Shown here: positions 10,834 through 19,316 of the stretch, in pieces | Position numbering within the stretch: the stretch's first letter is position 1 | Layout: the number at the start of each line of letters is the position of its first letter | Assembly (NCBI GenBank): GCA_050174015.1 | Contig: JBFXKG010000007.1 | Coordinates: 128,001-192,000, forward strand | Reading direction: 5' to 3' | DNA from: Candidatus Krumholzibacteriia bacterium | Lineage (GTDB): Bacteria; Krumholzibacteriota; Krumholzibacteriia; LZORAL124-64-63 | Length of the DNA: 64,000 nt | Made by a program: the position numbers and the translations under genes | The notes under the pieces: model-generated | Databases searched by the model: none | Seen by the model: the letters and a program-made list of their open reading frames with translations, nothing else | What the model was told of the DNA's origin: nothing

Positions 10834-11019
10834 ATGGATTTCCCGGTCTGCAAGAAGTGCGAGGACGGCCTCCTGCTCCCCCTTTCCGATTACGGAAGGG
10901 ACGGCGCGGCCATCCATTATAAAGCCTGGGTGTGCCACAATCCCCGCTGCGGTTTCAGCATCCGCATCGACAACGGGGAGATCAGCCAGGGGAGGAGGAT
11001 CGGGGAGGAGGCGCGCTGA
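10834..11019 (+). CDS. Small putative zinc-ribbon protein (61 aa)
   Basis: RBS AAGGAG upstream of ATG 10834. MDFPVCKKCEDG...WVCHNPRCGF gives CxxC ... CxxxxC. Confidence 0.7.
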   Translation: MDFPVCKKCEDGLLLPLSDYGRDGAAIHYKAWVCHNPRCGFSIRIDNGEISQGRRIGEEAR

Positions 11020-11025
11020 CGAGCC

Positions 11026-11757
11026 TCAATCCGGGCGCCGGGCCGTCATGGTCCGGAGGATCCAGCCCAGAGCGATGAGAACGAGCAGCGATCCCACCGC
11101 CCAGATCCAGTCGCCGATGGTCAGGGGGGGGGGATCGGTGTAGTCGTACCCGCCGTCGAATTCCAGAGCCAGCGACACCCCGTTGTGCACCGCGTGCGCC
11201 AGAATGCAGGCCCTCAGGGACCGCGTCGTTTCGAAGATGAAACCCAGGACCAGACCCACCCCGATCAGGCCGAACAGGAACCACGGCTGCCCGTGGACCA
11301 GTCCGAACAGCAGGGCCGAGATCACCACCGCGGGGGCCGGTCCCCAGGTGCGGGACGCCAGGCGCTGGACGAGGCCGCGGAAGACGATCTCCTCGGCGAT
11401 CGGGGCGAAGACCACCCCGGCGGCCACGGTCAGCAGGATGCCGGGCAGGGTGTGGTCCTGGTTGTCCCGGGTGAAGGAGATCCACTGGGGGTCGGGGGGG
11501 TGCAGGCTGAGGGAAAGTGTGCCCAGCAGGGAGTTGGGGGCCAGGGAGGCCAGGGCCGCCAGCACCGAGACGGCGAGGACGGGCGCGGCGACCTGCCCGA
11601 GCCGCAGGTCCCGAGCCGCGGAGAAGCCCTGCGCGGGGAAGACCACCCCGAGCGGCAGCATCACTCCCAGGAGGGCTCCGGCGATCACCGGCAACGACAG
11701 GCCGGTCCCCAGGTTGAAGACCAGGATCTGACACAGGAAGTTGGCGCTCAGCAGCAT
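11026..11757 (-). CDS. CPBP (CAAX protease/Abi) family intramembrane metalloprotease; true start probably further upstream
   Basis: 'APIAEEIVFRG', 'SALLFGLVH' and 'ILAHAVHN' motifs. The frame stays open to about 11925 without ATG/GTG/TTG. Confidence 0.88.
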   Translation of the reverse strand: MLLSANFLCQILVFNLGTGLSLPVIAGALLGVMLPLGVVFPAQGFSAARDLRLGQVAAPVLAVSVLAALASLAPNSLLGTLSLSLHPPDPQWISFTRDNQDHTLPGILLTVAAGVVFAPIAEEIVFRGLVQRLASRTWGPAPAVVISALLFGLVHGQPWFLFGLIGVGLVLGFIFETTRSLRACILAHAVHNGVSLALEFDGGYDYTDPPPLTIGDWIWAVGSLLVLIALGWILRTMTARRPD

Positions 11758-11965
11758 GGCGGCAAACGCCAGGATGCGCAGGCTGCTCCAGGCCGTCCAC
11801 AGGCTGGGTCCCCCGGGCCGGGGAGAATATGAGTCGGGGCGCTGTGGATCCAGGGTGGGGATCTCCTGGCCGGGGCCTTGCTGGTGAACCGTACAGATCG
11901 ATTGTGCAATCGCTGACGGTTCAGGTTACTATTGGAGGGTTACCCTGTCAAAGGTAGGCGGGCCC

Positions 11966-12694
11966 ATGAGCGAGCGCCGGATCCAGGCGGTCATCTTCGA
12001 CCTCGACAACACCCTGACCGATTTCATGCGGGCCAAGGAGATGGCCATCACCGGGGCCGTGGACGCCATGATCGACGCCGGCCTGCCCCTCGCCCGGCGC
12101 GAGGCGGTGGACAGGATCTTCGCCATCTACAAGGCCCGGGGCATCGAGCACCAGCGCGTGTTCAACCTCTTCCTGGAGGAGACCATCGGCCACGTCGACG
12201 ACCGCATCCTGGCGGCCGCGGTGGTCGCCTACCGGCGGGCGCGGGACGGGTCCCTGGTGCTTTACCCCCACGCCAAGATGGTCCTGAACCGCCTGCTCAA
12301 GGACGGGTACAAGCTCGCGGTGGTCAGCGACGCCCCCCGGTTCGAGGCCTGGATCCGGCTGACGAGCCTGGGTCTGCAGCACACCTTCGACCTGGTGCTC
12401 ACCTTTGACGACACCGGCATCCGCAAGCCGGATCCCCGGGGGTTCACGATGGCCCTGGAGATGCTGCAGGTGCAGCCGCACCGGGCGGTCGTCATCGGCG
12501 ACTGGCGCGAACGCGACATCCTGGGCGGCCAGAAGGCAGGGATGCACACGGTCTACGCCCGCTACGGAGACGAGTACTCGCAGTACGCCGACAAGATCGA
12601 CGGCCCTTCGACCGAGCCCGACTTCGTGGCCGACGACCTGCTCCGGCTGCTGGAGATCCTCGACACCCTCAACGGCGTTCCCGCAGGAGAGTGA
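11966..12694 (+). CDS. HAD-superfamily hydrolase (IA)
   Basis: Motif I 'IFDLDNTL', 'VVSD', 'RKPDP', 'VIGDWRERDILG'. Confidence 0.9.
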   Translation: MSERRIQAVIFDLDNTLTDFMRAKEMAITGAVDAMIDAGLPLARREAVDRIFAIYKARGIEHQRVFNLFLEETIGHVDDRILAAAVVAYRRARDGSLVLYPHAKMVLNRLLKDGYKLAVVSDAPRFEAWIRLTSLGLQHTFDLVLTFDDTGIRKPDPRGFTMALEMLQVQPHRAVVIGDWRERDILGGQKAGMHTVYARYGDEYSQYADKIDGPSTEPDFVADDLLRLLEILDTLNGVPAGE

Positions 12695-12697
12695 CCC

Positions 12698-14341
12698 ATG
12701 CGAGTCTGCACATCCGCCCAGATGGCGGCGATCGACCGGGAGACCATCGAAGGAGGCGTGTCGGGCCTGGAGCTCATGGAGCGCGCGGGCGGGGCCATGA
12801 CGGAGGTCCTGCTCGACTTCCTCGCGGACGAGGACCTGGACGGCGGGGCCTTGGTCCTCGTCGGCAAGGGCAACAACGGGGGCGACGGCCTGGTCGTCGC
12901 CCGGCTGCTGGAGGGCGAGGGCCTGGACGTGACGGTCATGCTGCTGGCCCGCCCCGGGGATTTGCAGCCGGATGCGGGCGCCAACTTCAAGCGCCTGCCC
13001 CGGTCGGTCGAGGTCGTGATGGTGGAGCCGTCCGACTGGGCCGAGACCTTCGAGGAACTGAGCGAGGGGGCGTGCGTGGTGGTCGACGCCGTCTTCGGCA
13101 CCGGGGTGAAGCCCCCCCTGCGGGCCGAGTACGCGACCCTGTTCCGGGCGGTCAACGATGCGGGCATGCCCTGCGTCGCGCTGGACGTCCCGTCGGGGGT
13201 GTGCGGTGACGACGGCCGGGTGGATCCGGTGGCCGTGGCCTGCGACCTGACCATCACCGTGGGCCTGCCCAAGCTGGGTCTGCTGCAGGCTCCGGGGAGG
13301 GACTTCACCGGGGACATCGAGGTGGTGGACATCGGCTTCCCCGAGGAGGTCTGCAACCGGCACGCTCCGGACATCCACTACCTGGAGCGGGAGGATTACG
13401 CCGCGCTCCTGCCGGCGCGTCCCTCCTGGGCCCACAAGTATCGTTTCGGCAAGGCGCTGCTGGTCGCCGGTTCGCGGAGCTTCGGCGGCGCGGCCCACCT
13501 GGCGGCGCTGGGCGCCCTGCGTTCCGGCGCGGGCCTGGTCACCCTGGCGGCGCCCGATTGCCTGGAGATCGCCCTGCGCGGAGGCCTGCCCGAGGTGCTG
13601 CAGCGGCCTCTGCCCTGCACGGAAACGGGGACCATCGCCGCCCCGGGCGATGGGGCCTGGGCCGACCTGCTGGCGGGCCAGTCCGCCCTGGGGATCGGTC
13701 CCGGGCTGGACGCCGACGAGGCCACCGACGCCTGGCTGATCGGCGCGCTGGAAACCTGTCCCCTGCCCCTGGTGGTCGACGCGGACGCCCTGGGGGCCTT
13801 CGCGCGATGTGAGATCCGACCCCGCTTCGCCCACGGCCATGTGATCATGACCCCGCATCCGGGCGAGTTTTCGCGTCTTTGGGGGCTGCCGGTCGTAGAG
13901 GTCCAGGCCAGACGATTCGAGCTGGCGGCCCAGGCCGCCGCCGCCTGGAACGCGGTGGTCATGCTCAAGGGGAGCCCCACGGTCATCGCCGCTCCGGACG
14001 GCAGGGTGTTCATCAATCCCAGCGGCGACGATGCCCTGGCGAGGGGCGGGTCGGGGGACGTCCTGACCGGCCTGCTCGCCGGTCTGCTGGCCCAGGGCAT
14101 GCCCGCCCTGGCTGCCGCCCTGCTGGGGGCCTACGTGCACGGTCTGGCCGGCAGCCTGGCGGCGACGGAGGCGGGTTCGCGCTCGGTCCTGGTCCGGGAG
14201 GCCGCGGCGGCCCTGGGCCCGGTCCTGCTGGGCCTGGAGAAGACCGCGAGCGTCCACGGCGGCCTGCGCGAGGCCATCTGGCCCGTGTCGGAATCCGGGG
14301 ATTCCGGAGGGGCCGGCGGCGGGGACGGGGAGGGGTCGTGA
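12698..14341 (+). CDS. nnr: Bifunctional NAD(P)H-hydrate epimerase/dehydratase
   Basis: YjeF_N 'LMERAG', 'GKGNNGGDG', 'DVPSG'. Carbohydrate-kinase domain 'HKYRFG', 'TPHPGEF', 'GGSGDVLTG'. Confidence 0.95.
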   Translation: MRVCTSAQMAAIDRETIEGGVSGLELMERAGGAMTEVLLDFLADEDLDGGALVLVGKGNNGGDGLVVARLLEGEGLDVTVMLLARPGDLQPDAGANFKRLPRSVEVVMVEPSDWAETFEELSEGACVVVDAVFGTGVKPPLRAEYATLFRAVNDAGMPCVALDVPSGVCGDDGRVDPVAVACDLTITVGLPKLGLLQAPGRDFTGDIEVVDIGFPEEVCNRHAPDIHYLEREDYAALLPARPSWAHKYRFGKALLVAGSRSFGGAAHLAALGALRSGAGLVTLAAPDCLEIALRGGLPEVLQRPLPCTETGTIAAPGDGAWADLLAGQSALGIGPGLDADEATDAWLIGALETCPLPLVVDADALGAFARCEIRPRFAHGHVIMTPHPGEFSRLWGLPVVEVQARRFELAAQAAAAWNAVVMLKGSPTVIAAPDGRVFINPSGDDALARGGSGDVLTGLLAGLLAQGMPALAAALLGAYVHGLAGSLAATEAGSRSVLVREAAAALGPVLLGLEKTASVHGGLREAIWPVSESGDSGGAGGGDGEGS

Positions 14342-15348
14342 AGGTCCTGGGCATCGAGACATCCTGCGACGACACCAGCGTCGCCCTGTTCGACAGCGAC
14401 CGGGGGGTGACCGCCAACCTCGTTTCCAGCCAGGTCGACCTGCACGGCCGCTTCGGGGGGGTGGTGCCCGAACTCGCCTCGCGGGCGCACCTGGTGAACC
14501 TGTTGCCCCTGGTCGACGTGCTCCTGAAGGACCAGGACCTGGAACTCCGGGATCTGGACGGGGTCGCGGTCACCGCGGGTCCCGGCCTCATCGGCGCCCT
14601 GCTGGTGGGGCTGTCCACCGGCAAGGCCCTGTGCATGGCGGCGGACCTGCCGCTGGTCGGCGTCCATCACATCGAGGGGCACATCCTGGCCAACGGCCTG
14701 ACCGGGGAGATGGTGACGCCTGCGGTGGTCCTGGTGGTTTCGGGCGGGCACACCGAGGTCGTCCACATGCCCGGGATCGGGCGGTACGAGCGGATGGGCG
14801 CCACGCTGGACGACGCCGCGGGAGAGGCCTTCGACAAGACCGCCAAGCTGCTGGGCCTGCCCTACCCAGGGGGCCCTCCCATCGATCGTCTGGCCGGGCA
14901 AGGTATCCCGGGCCGGTTCTCCTTTCCCCGGCCCCTGCACCAGGATCCGCGCATCGTCTTCAGCTTCAGCGGTCTGAAGACCGCGGTGGGGCAGACCGTG
15001 GCCGCGCTGCCCAGGCCGCTGTCCGAGCAGGATGTCGCCGACGTCTGCTGCGAGCTGCAGAGCGCCATCGTGGACTGCCTCTGCCGGCGGTTGTTCCAGG
15101 CCGCCCGGCGCAAGCGGGTCAAGGCCGTCTACCTCGCCGGGGGCGTCGCCGCCAACGGAGGACTGCGGCGGGAGGTGGCCCGCCTGGCGGAGGCGCGGGG
15201 CTTGCATTTCGTCCCCCCCCAGCCCGTCTATTGCACGGACAATGCGGCGATGATCGCCTATGCCGGGTTCCACCACCTGCAGGCCGGCCGCCGCGACGGG
15301 CTGGACCTGGATAGTTTCGCCCGGGCGCCCCTCGCTTCCTGGCGTTGA
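14338..15348 (+). CDS. tsaD: tRNA N6-threonylcarbamoyladenosine transferase TsaD
   Basis: GTG start overlapping the nnr stop. 'LGIETSCDDT', 'GGVVPELASRAH', 'HHIEGH', 'DDAAGEAFDK', 'CTDNAAMIA'. Confidence 0.97.
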   Translation: MKVLGIETSCDDTSVALFDSDRGVTANLVSSQVDLHGRFGGVVPELASRAHLVNLLPLVDVLLKDQDLELRDLDGVAVTAGPGLIGALLVGLSTGKALCMAADLPLVGVHHIEGHILANGLTGEMVTPAVVLVVSGGHTEVVHMPGIGRYERMGATLDDAAGEAFDKTAKLLGLPYPGGPPIDRLAGQGIPGRFSFPRPLHQDPRIVFSFSGLKTAVGQTVAALPRPLSEQDVADVCCELQSAIVDCLCRRLFQAARRKRVKAVYLAGGVAANGGLRREVARLAEARGLHFVPPQPVYCTDNAAMIAYAGFHHLQAGRRDGLDLDSFARAPLASWR

Positions 15349-15421
15349 GCCGGTCCGGACCGGCCCCTTCCCGCCTTTGACCGAAACTGTCCCCTTTTTG
15401 TGACACGACCCCCTCTCCCCA

Positions 15422-15436
15422 TGGCACGGACCTTGC
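15422..15436 (+). promoter_or_regulatory. Sigma54 (-24/-12) promoter
   Basis: TGGCAC-GGACC-TTGC matches TGGCAC-N5-TTGC. It lies about 70 nt upstream of the REC-GGDEF gene in an intergenic region. Confidence 0.7.
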
Positions 15437-15505
15437 GGCAATCCGCCCGATGCGGGTGTCAGGGAGGGATCCGCATGCCGAACTCGTCCACTGAAAAGGA
15501 AAGAA

Positions 15506-16492
15506 ATGTCAGGAAAGGCGCGCATCCTGGTGGCGGATGATGATCCCCATATCCGGAGGATTCTGCGGTATTTGCTGGAACAGGACGGCTTCGAGGTCAA
15601 GGTCGCCGCGGACGGCGACGAGGCCTGGAAGGCGGTCGCAGCCTTCCAGCCGGACCTGGTCCTGCTGGACCTGATGATGCCGCAGATGGATGGTTTTTCC
15701 GTCCTGGAGATCATTCGTGCCGGTTTCGAGACCGCCAGGCTGCCGGTCATCCTCCTGACGGCCAAAGGGGAGGTGTCGGACCGGGTCCGCGGTCTGCGGG
15801 GAGGGGCCAACGACTACATCGTCAAGCCCTTCCAGCCCGAGGAACTGCTGCTGCGGGTGTCCAACCTGCTGGAGACCACCCGCCGCGAGCGGGAGGCCAA
15901 TCCCCTGACGGGCCTGCCCGGAAACCGGGCGATCGAGCGCGAGATCGAGCGCCGGATCGCCAGCGGCCGGAACTTCGCCTTCATGTACATCGACATCGAC
16001 CGGTTCAAGAGCTTCAACGACCACTACGGCTATTCGCGGGGGGACCGGGCCATCTCCTTCCTGGCCGGGGTCCTGGTCGGCTGCGTCCAGAAGTACGGAA
16101 ACGCGGGGGACTTCGTGGGCCACGTCGGGGGGGACGATTTCGTCGTCGCCACGGAATCCGCCACGGCGCCGGATCTCGCGCGGCGCCTCATCGAGGACTT
16201 CGACGCGGGCTCGGGGGACCTCCATGATCCCGAGGATCTGGCCCGGGGCTACCTGGAAGTGAAGAACCGCGCCGGGGAATTCACGCAATTCCCCCTGATC
16301 AGCCTGACGGTGGCCCTGATCGAGAACATCGCGGGGCGATTCGAGCATCCGGCCGAGCTGAGCGACACGCTCGCCGAGCTGAAACAGTACGGAAAGACCA
16401 TGGTCCACAGCGTGGTGGTCCGGGAACGCCGCGGGAGCACCGGCGCGGCCGACCGGTTCGACCTGACCACGTCGGGGAAAAACCATACCTGA
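15506..16492 (+). CDS. Response regulator (REC) fused to GGDEF-family domain (GGDDF variant)
   Basis: REC 'ILVADDD', 'LLDLMMP', 'KPF'. 'NPLTGLPGN', 'DIDRFKSFNDHYG', 'GHVGGDDF'. Confidence 0.92.
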   Translation: MSGKARILVADDDPHIRRILRYLLEQDGFEVKVAADGDEAWKAVAAFQPDLVLLDLMMPQMDGFSVLEIIRAGFETARLPVILLTAKGEVSDRVRGLRGGANDYIVKPFQPEELLLRVSNLLETTRREREANPLTGLPGNRAIEREIERRIASGRNFAFMYIDIDRFKSFNDHYGYSRGDRAISFLAGVLVGCVQKYGNAGDFVGHVGGDDFVVATESATAPDLARRLIEDFDAGSGDLHDPEDLARGYLEVKNRAGEFTQFPLISLTVALIENIAGRFEHPAELSDTLAELKQYGKTMVHSVVVRERRGSTGAADRFDLTTSGKNHT

Positions 16493-16505
16493 GCGGAAGG
16501 TGTCC

Positions 16506-18911
16506 ATGTCCTACCGAGGTCTTCCGGGGAACGGGGTGTGCGGGGACTGCGACCAGGTGTCGGCGGTCCTCAAGCTGATCTCCCGGACCCGGAAACTCCC
16601 CGTCATTCCCGAACTAGCCCTCGGCATCCTCGACGTCTACGGGCGGCTGGACGGCGTCCGGGAGGCGGCCGTGTTCCTGGATCCCCAGGTCGCGGCCACC
16701 CTGGACCCGGGCTGCGGCCGCCGCTCCCAGTACCTGGCGGTCCTGGGGCCCGGGCAGGGCGAACCGGCCTGGATCAGCGCCCCGTCCGCCTGGAGGCGCC
16801 GGGCGTTCGCGGCCCTCGGGCGGGACGGAGCCGGGATCCCGGCCGAGGGCAGGGGTCCCTGGGAGGATGTCGTCCCCTGGCCGTCGGCGACCTGGTCGGA
16901 CCAGGACGCCTGGCTGGGATTGAACCTTGACCTCCACGGGGATCCGGTGCTGGGCCTGCTGCTGGTCATCGGCGCGGCCGAGTGGCCGGCGGCCGGGGGA
17001 CCGGCCCGCAGCCGGCTCGTCCAGCTCAAGGACGTCATGGAGCCGGTCCTGGCCATCTGGTCGGAGGCGTCCTCCCTGCGGTCGCGGCTGCGCCAGGCCG
17101 CCACCGAGACGCGGGCCCTCAGCCGCATCAACCAGCTCCAGGGGCGCTTCGTGGCCATGGCCACCCACGAGTTCAAGACCCCGCTGACCTCCATCACCGC
17201 CTACGCCGACGTCCTCATGGGCCAGATCACCGACGAGCAGTTCCCCCACGCCACCGAGTTCCTGGACGTGATCCGCACCGAGGCCGGCCGCCTGCTGCGC
17301 ATGGTCAACCGGATCCTGGATTTCAGCAGGCTGGAGTACGGATCGAACCTGCTGGACATGCGCCTGCTCGACCTGGAGCCCATGGTCCGCGAGACCGTCC
17401 GCTCCCTGCATCCGGCCATCCAGGAAAAGCACCAGTCGGTGACGGTGGCCGCCCCGCGCCGCCTGCCCCGGGTGGAAGGTGACGCGGACCTGATCCGCCA
17501 GGTGCTGGTCAACCTCGTCGGCAACGCCGTGAAGTACACCCCGGACCGGGGCCGCATCGCCGTCGATCTGGCCGAGCTGGAGGCGGCCGTCTCGGTCAAG
17601 GTGCTGGACGACGGGCCGGGCATCGACCCGCAGGACATGAAGCGCATCTTCCGGGAGTTCTTCCGCGCGGGAGGCGCCGCGGGCAAGCAGGACGGGACGG
17701 GTCTGGGCCTGGCCATCGCCAGGCACATCGTCCACATCCACGGCGGGACCATCTCGGTCCAGCCCCGGGCCGGAGGAGGGTCGGACTTCACCTTCCTGCT
17801 GCCGAAGGCGGCGGACGTCTGGGCGCCCCTGCCGGGCTACCTCGCCAAGGGGAACGATCCGGCCGGAGCCCGCATGCTCCTGGTCCACCTGATGCGCCTG
17901 CTGGCCGAACTTTCGGGGTCCCGGGCAGCCGTCCTGCTGGTCCGCGACGGCGAAGGCGGGCTGCTGCCCGTCTGCGGGATGGGCCTGGATCCCGGGTTGC
18001 CCGAGCCGGCGGGGTTCCTCGAGGCCCGCGCCTGGTCCGGATTCCTGGAGACGGGGCTGATGCTCCAGGCCGGGCCCGAGGCGCACAGCCTGTTGCTGAG
18101 CCTGCCCGGCCTGGCCGAGGACCTGGACCGGGGCGGGGACTGGGTGATGGCTCCGGTGGCGCGCCAGAACAAGGTGCTGGGGGCGGTCCTGCTGGGCAAG
18201 CGGCGCCGGCCGGGCCCCCTGGATGCGGCCGACGCCGAGCAGATCCAGGTCCTGGTCGACCTCGCCCACACCGCCCTGTCCCGGATGGACCACGAGCCGG
18301 CGAAGCTGGCCGAGGCGATGCGGGCGTTGATCCAGACGCGCCGGGAAGGCATCCCGACGGCAACCGCCGGATCCCTGCAGCTGGTGCGCAGGCTGGCCCG
18401 AAGGCTGGGATTGACGCGGCGGAACCTGGCCTCCCTGCAGATCGCGGCCGCCCTCCACGACGTCGGGATGGCGAGGGTGGAGGATGACATCAGGCTGGGC
18501 GAGGGGCGCCTGAGCTGGGACGAGAAGGACGCCGTCGACGGCCACGTGGACCTCGGCCTGGATCTCGTGCGGCCCCTGATCCCCGACCACGCGGTCGAGA
18601 CCATCATCCGCCACCACCACGAGAGGGTGGACGGCAACGGCTACCCCGAAGGGCTGAAGGGCGAGGCCATCCCCCTGGGGTCGCGCATCCTGGCGGTGGT
18701 CGACGCCTGGTTCAGCCTGACGACGGACCGGCCCTACCGGCGCGCGCTGGTCCCCGGGGAGGCCCTCCAGGAGATCCGGAGCCACGCCGGCGCCCAGTTC
18801 GATCCGGCCGTGGTGGAGGCGTTCGTCGCCCTGATGGAGGGAGCGGAGGATCTGGCCGCCGGAGCGCGGTCGGGAACGGGAACCGATCCGCAGGACAAGG
18901 AGCAGACATGA
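16506..18911 (+). CDS. Histidine kinase fused to GAF-like and HD-GYP phosphodiesterase domains
   Basis: 'ATHEFKTPLTSI', 'NLVGNAVKYT', 'DDGPGI', 'GTGLGLAIA'. C-terminal 'LHDVG', 'HHHERVDGNGYP', 'ILAVVDAW'. Confidence 0.88.
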   Translation: MSYRGLPGNGVCGDCDQVSAVLKLISRTRKLPVIPELALGILDVYGRLDGVREAAVFLDPQVAATLDPGCGRRSQYLAVLGPGQGEPAWISAPSAWRRRAFAALGRDGAGIPAEGRGPWEDVVPWPSATWSDQDAWLGLNLDLHGDPVLGLLLVIGAAEWPAAGGPARSRLVQLKDVMEPVLAIWSEASSLRSRLRQAATETRALSRINQLQGRFVAMATHEFKTPLTSITAYADVLMGQITDEQFPHATEFLDVIRTEAGRLLRMVNRILDFSRLEYGSNLLDMRLLDLEPMVRETVRSLHPAIQEKHQSVTVAAPRRLPRVEGDADLIRQVLVNLVGNAVKYTPDRGRIAVDLAELEAAVSVKVLDDGPGIDPQDMKRIFREFFRAGGAAGKQDGTGLGLAIARHIVHIHGGTISVQPRAGGGSDFTFLLPKAADVWAPLPGYLAKGNDPAGARMLLVHLMRLLAELSGSRAAVLLVRDGEGGLLPVCGMGLDPGLPEPAGFLEARAWSGFLETGLMLQAGPEAHSLLLSLPGLAEDLDRGGDWVMAPVARQNKVLGAVLLGKRRRPGPLDAADAEQIQVLVDLAHTALSRMDHEPAKLAEAMRALIQTRREGIPTATAGSLQLVRRLARRLGLTRRNLASLQIAAALHDVGMARVEDDIRLGEGRLSWDEKDAVDGHVDLGLDLVRPLIPDHAVETIIRHHHERVDGNGYPEGLKGEAIPLGSRILAVVDAWFSLTTDRPYRRALVPGEALQEIRSHAGAQFDPAVVEAFVALMEGAEDLAAGARSGTGTDPQDKEQT

Positions 18912-19297
18912 TCGGAGCGGCACGCATTCTCATCGTCGATGACGAGAAACCCCTGGCCCTCCTGCTGACCCAGGCGTTCGAGCAGGACGGCCATCTGGTG
19001 ACCAGCGCGGCGGACGGGATCGACTGCATGAACAAGATGGCCTCCTTCCGCCCCGACGTGGTGATCATGGACATCATGATGCCCAAGCTCGACGGGGTCG
19101 ATACGACCCGCCTGATCCGACGCAACCGCAGCTACGCCGACACGATCATCGTGGCCCTGTCGGCCCGCAGCGACGAGAACACCCGGCAAAGGATGAAGGA
19201 CGCCGGGGCGAACATCTTCATGCGCAAGCCGTTCGCGGTGGCCAAGCTGGTGGACCGGGTGGCCCGGCTGCTGGAGTCCCGCTCCGGCAAGGCCTGA
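18908..19297 (+). CDS. Single-domain response regulator (CheY-like)
   Basis: 'ILIVDDE', 'IMDIMMP', 'RKPF'. Confidence 0.92.
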   Translation: MIGAARILIVDDEKPLALLLTQAFEQDGHLVTSAADGIDCMNKMASFRPDVVIMDIMMPKLDGVDTTRLIRRNRSYADTIIVALSARSDENTRQRMKDAGANIFMRKPFAVAKLVDRVARLLESRSGKA

Positions 19298-19316
19298 TTC
19301 GGGGGGAAACGATCCG

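Noticed and set aside
15506..16492. Hypr-type (cGAMP-producing) GGDEF enzyme
   Set aside because: The specificity Asp is retained (YGYSRGD), whereas Hypr enzymes have Ser or Thr there.
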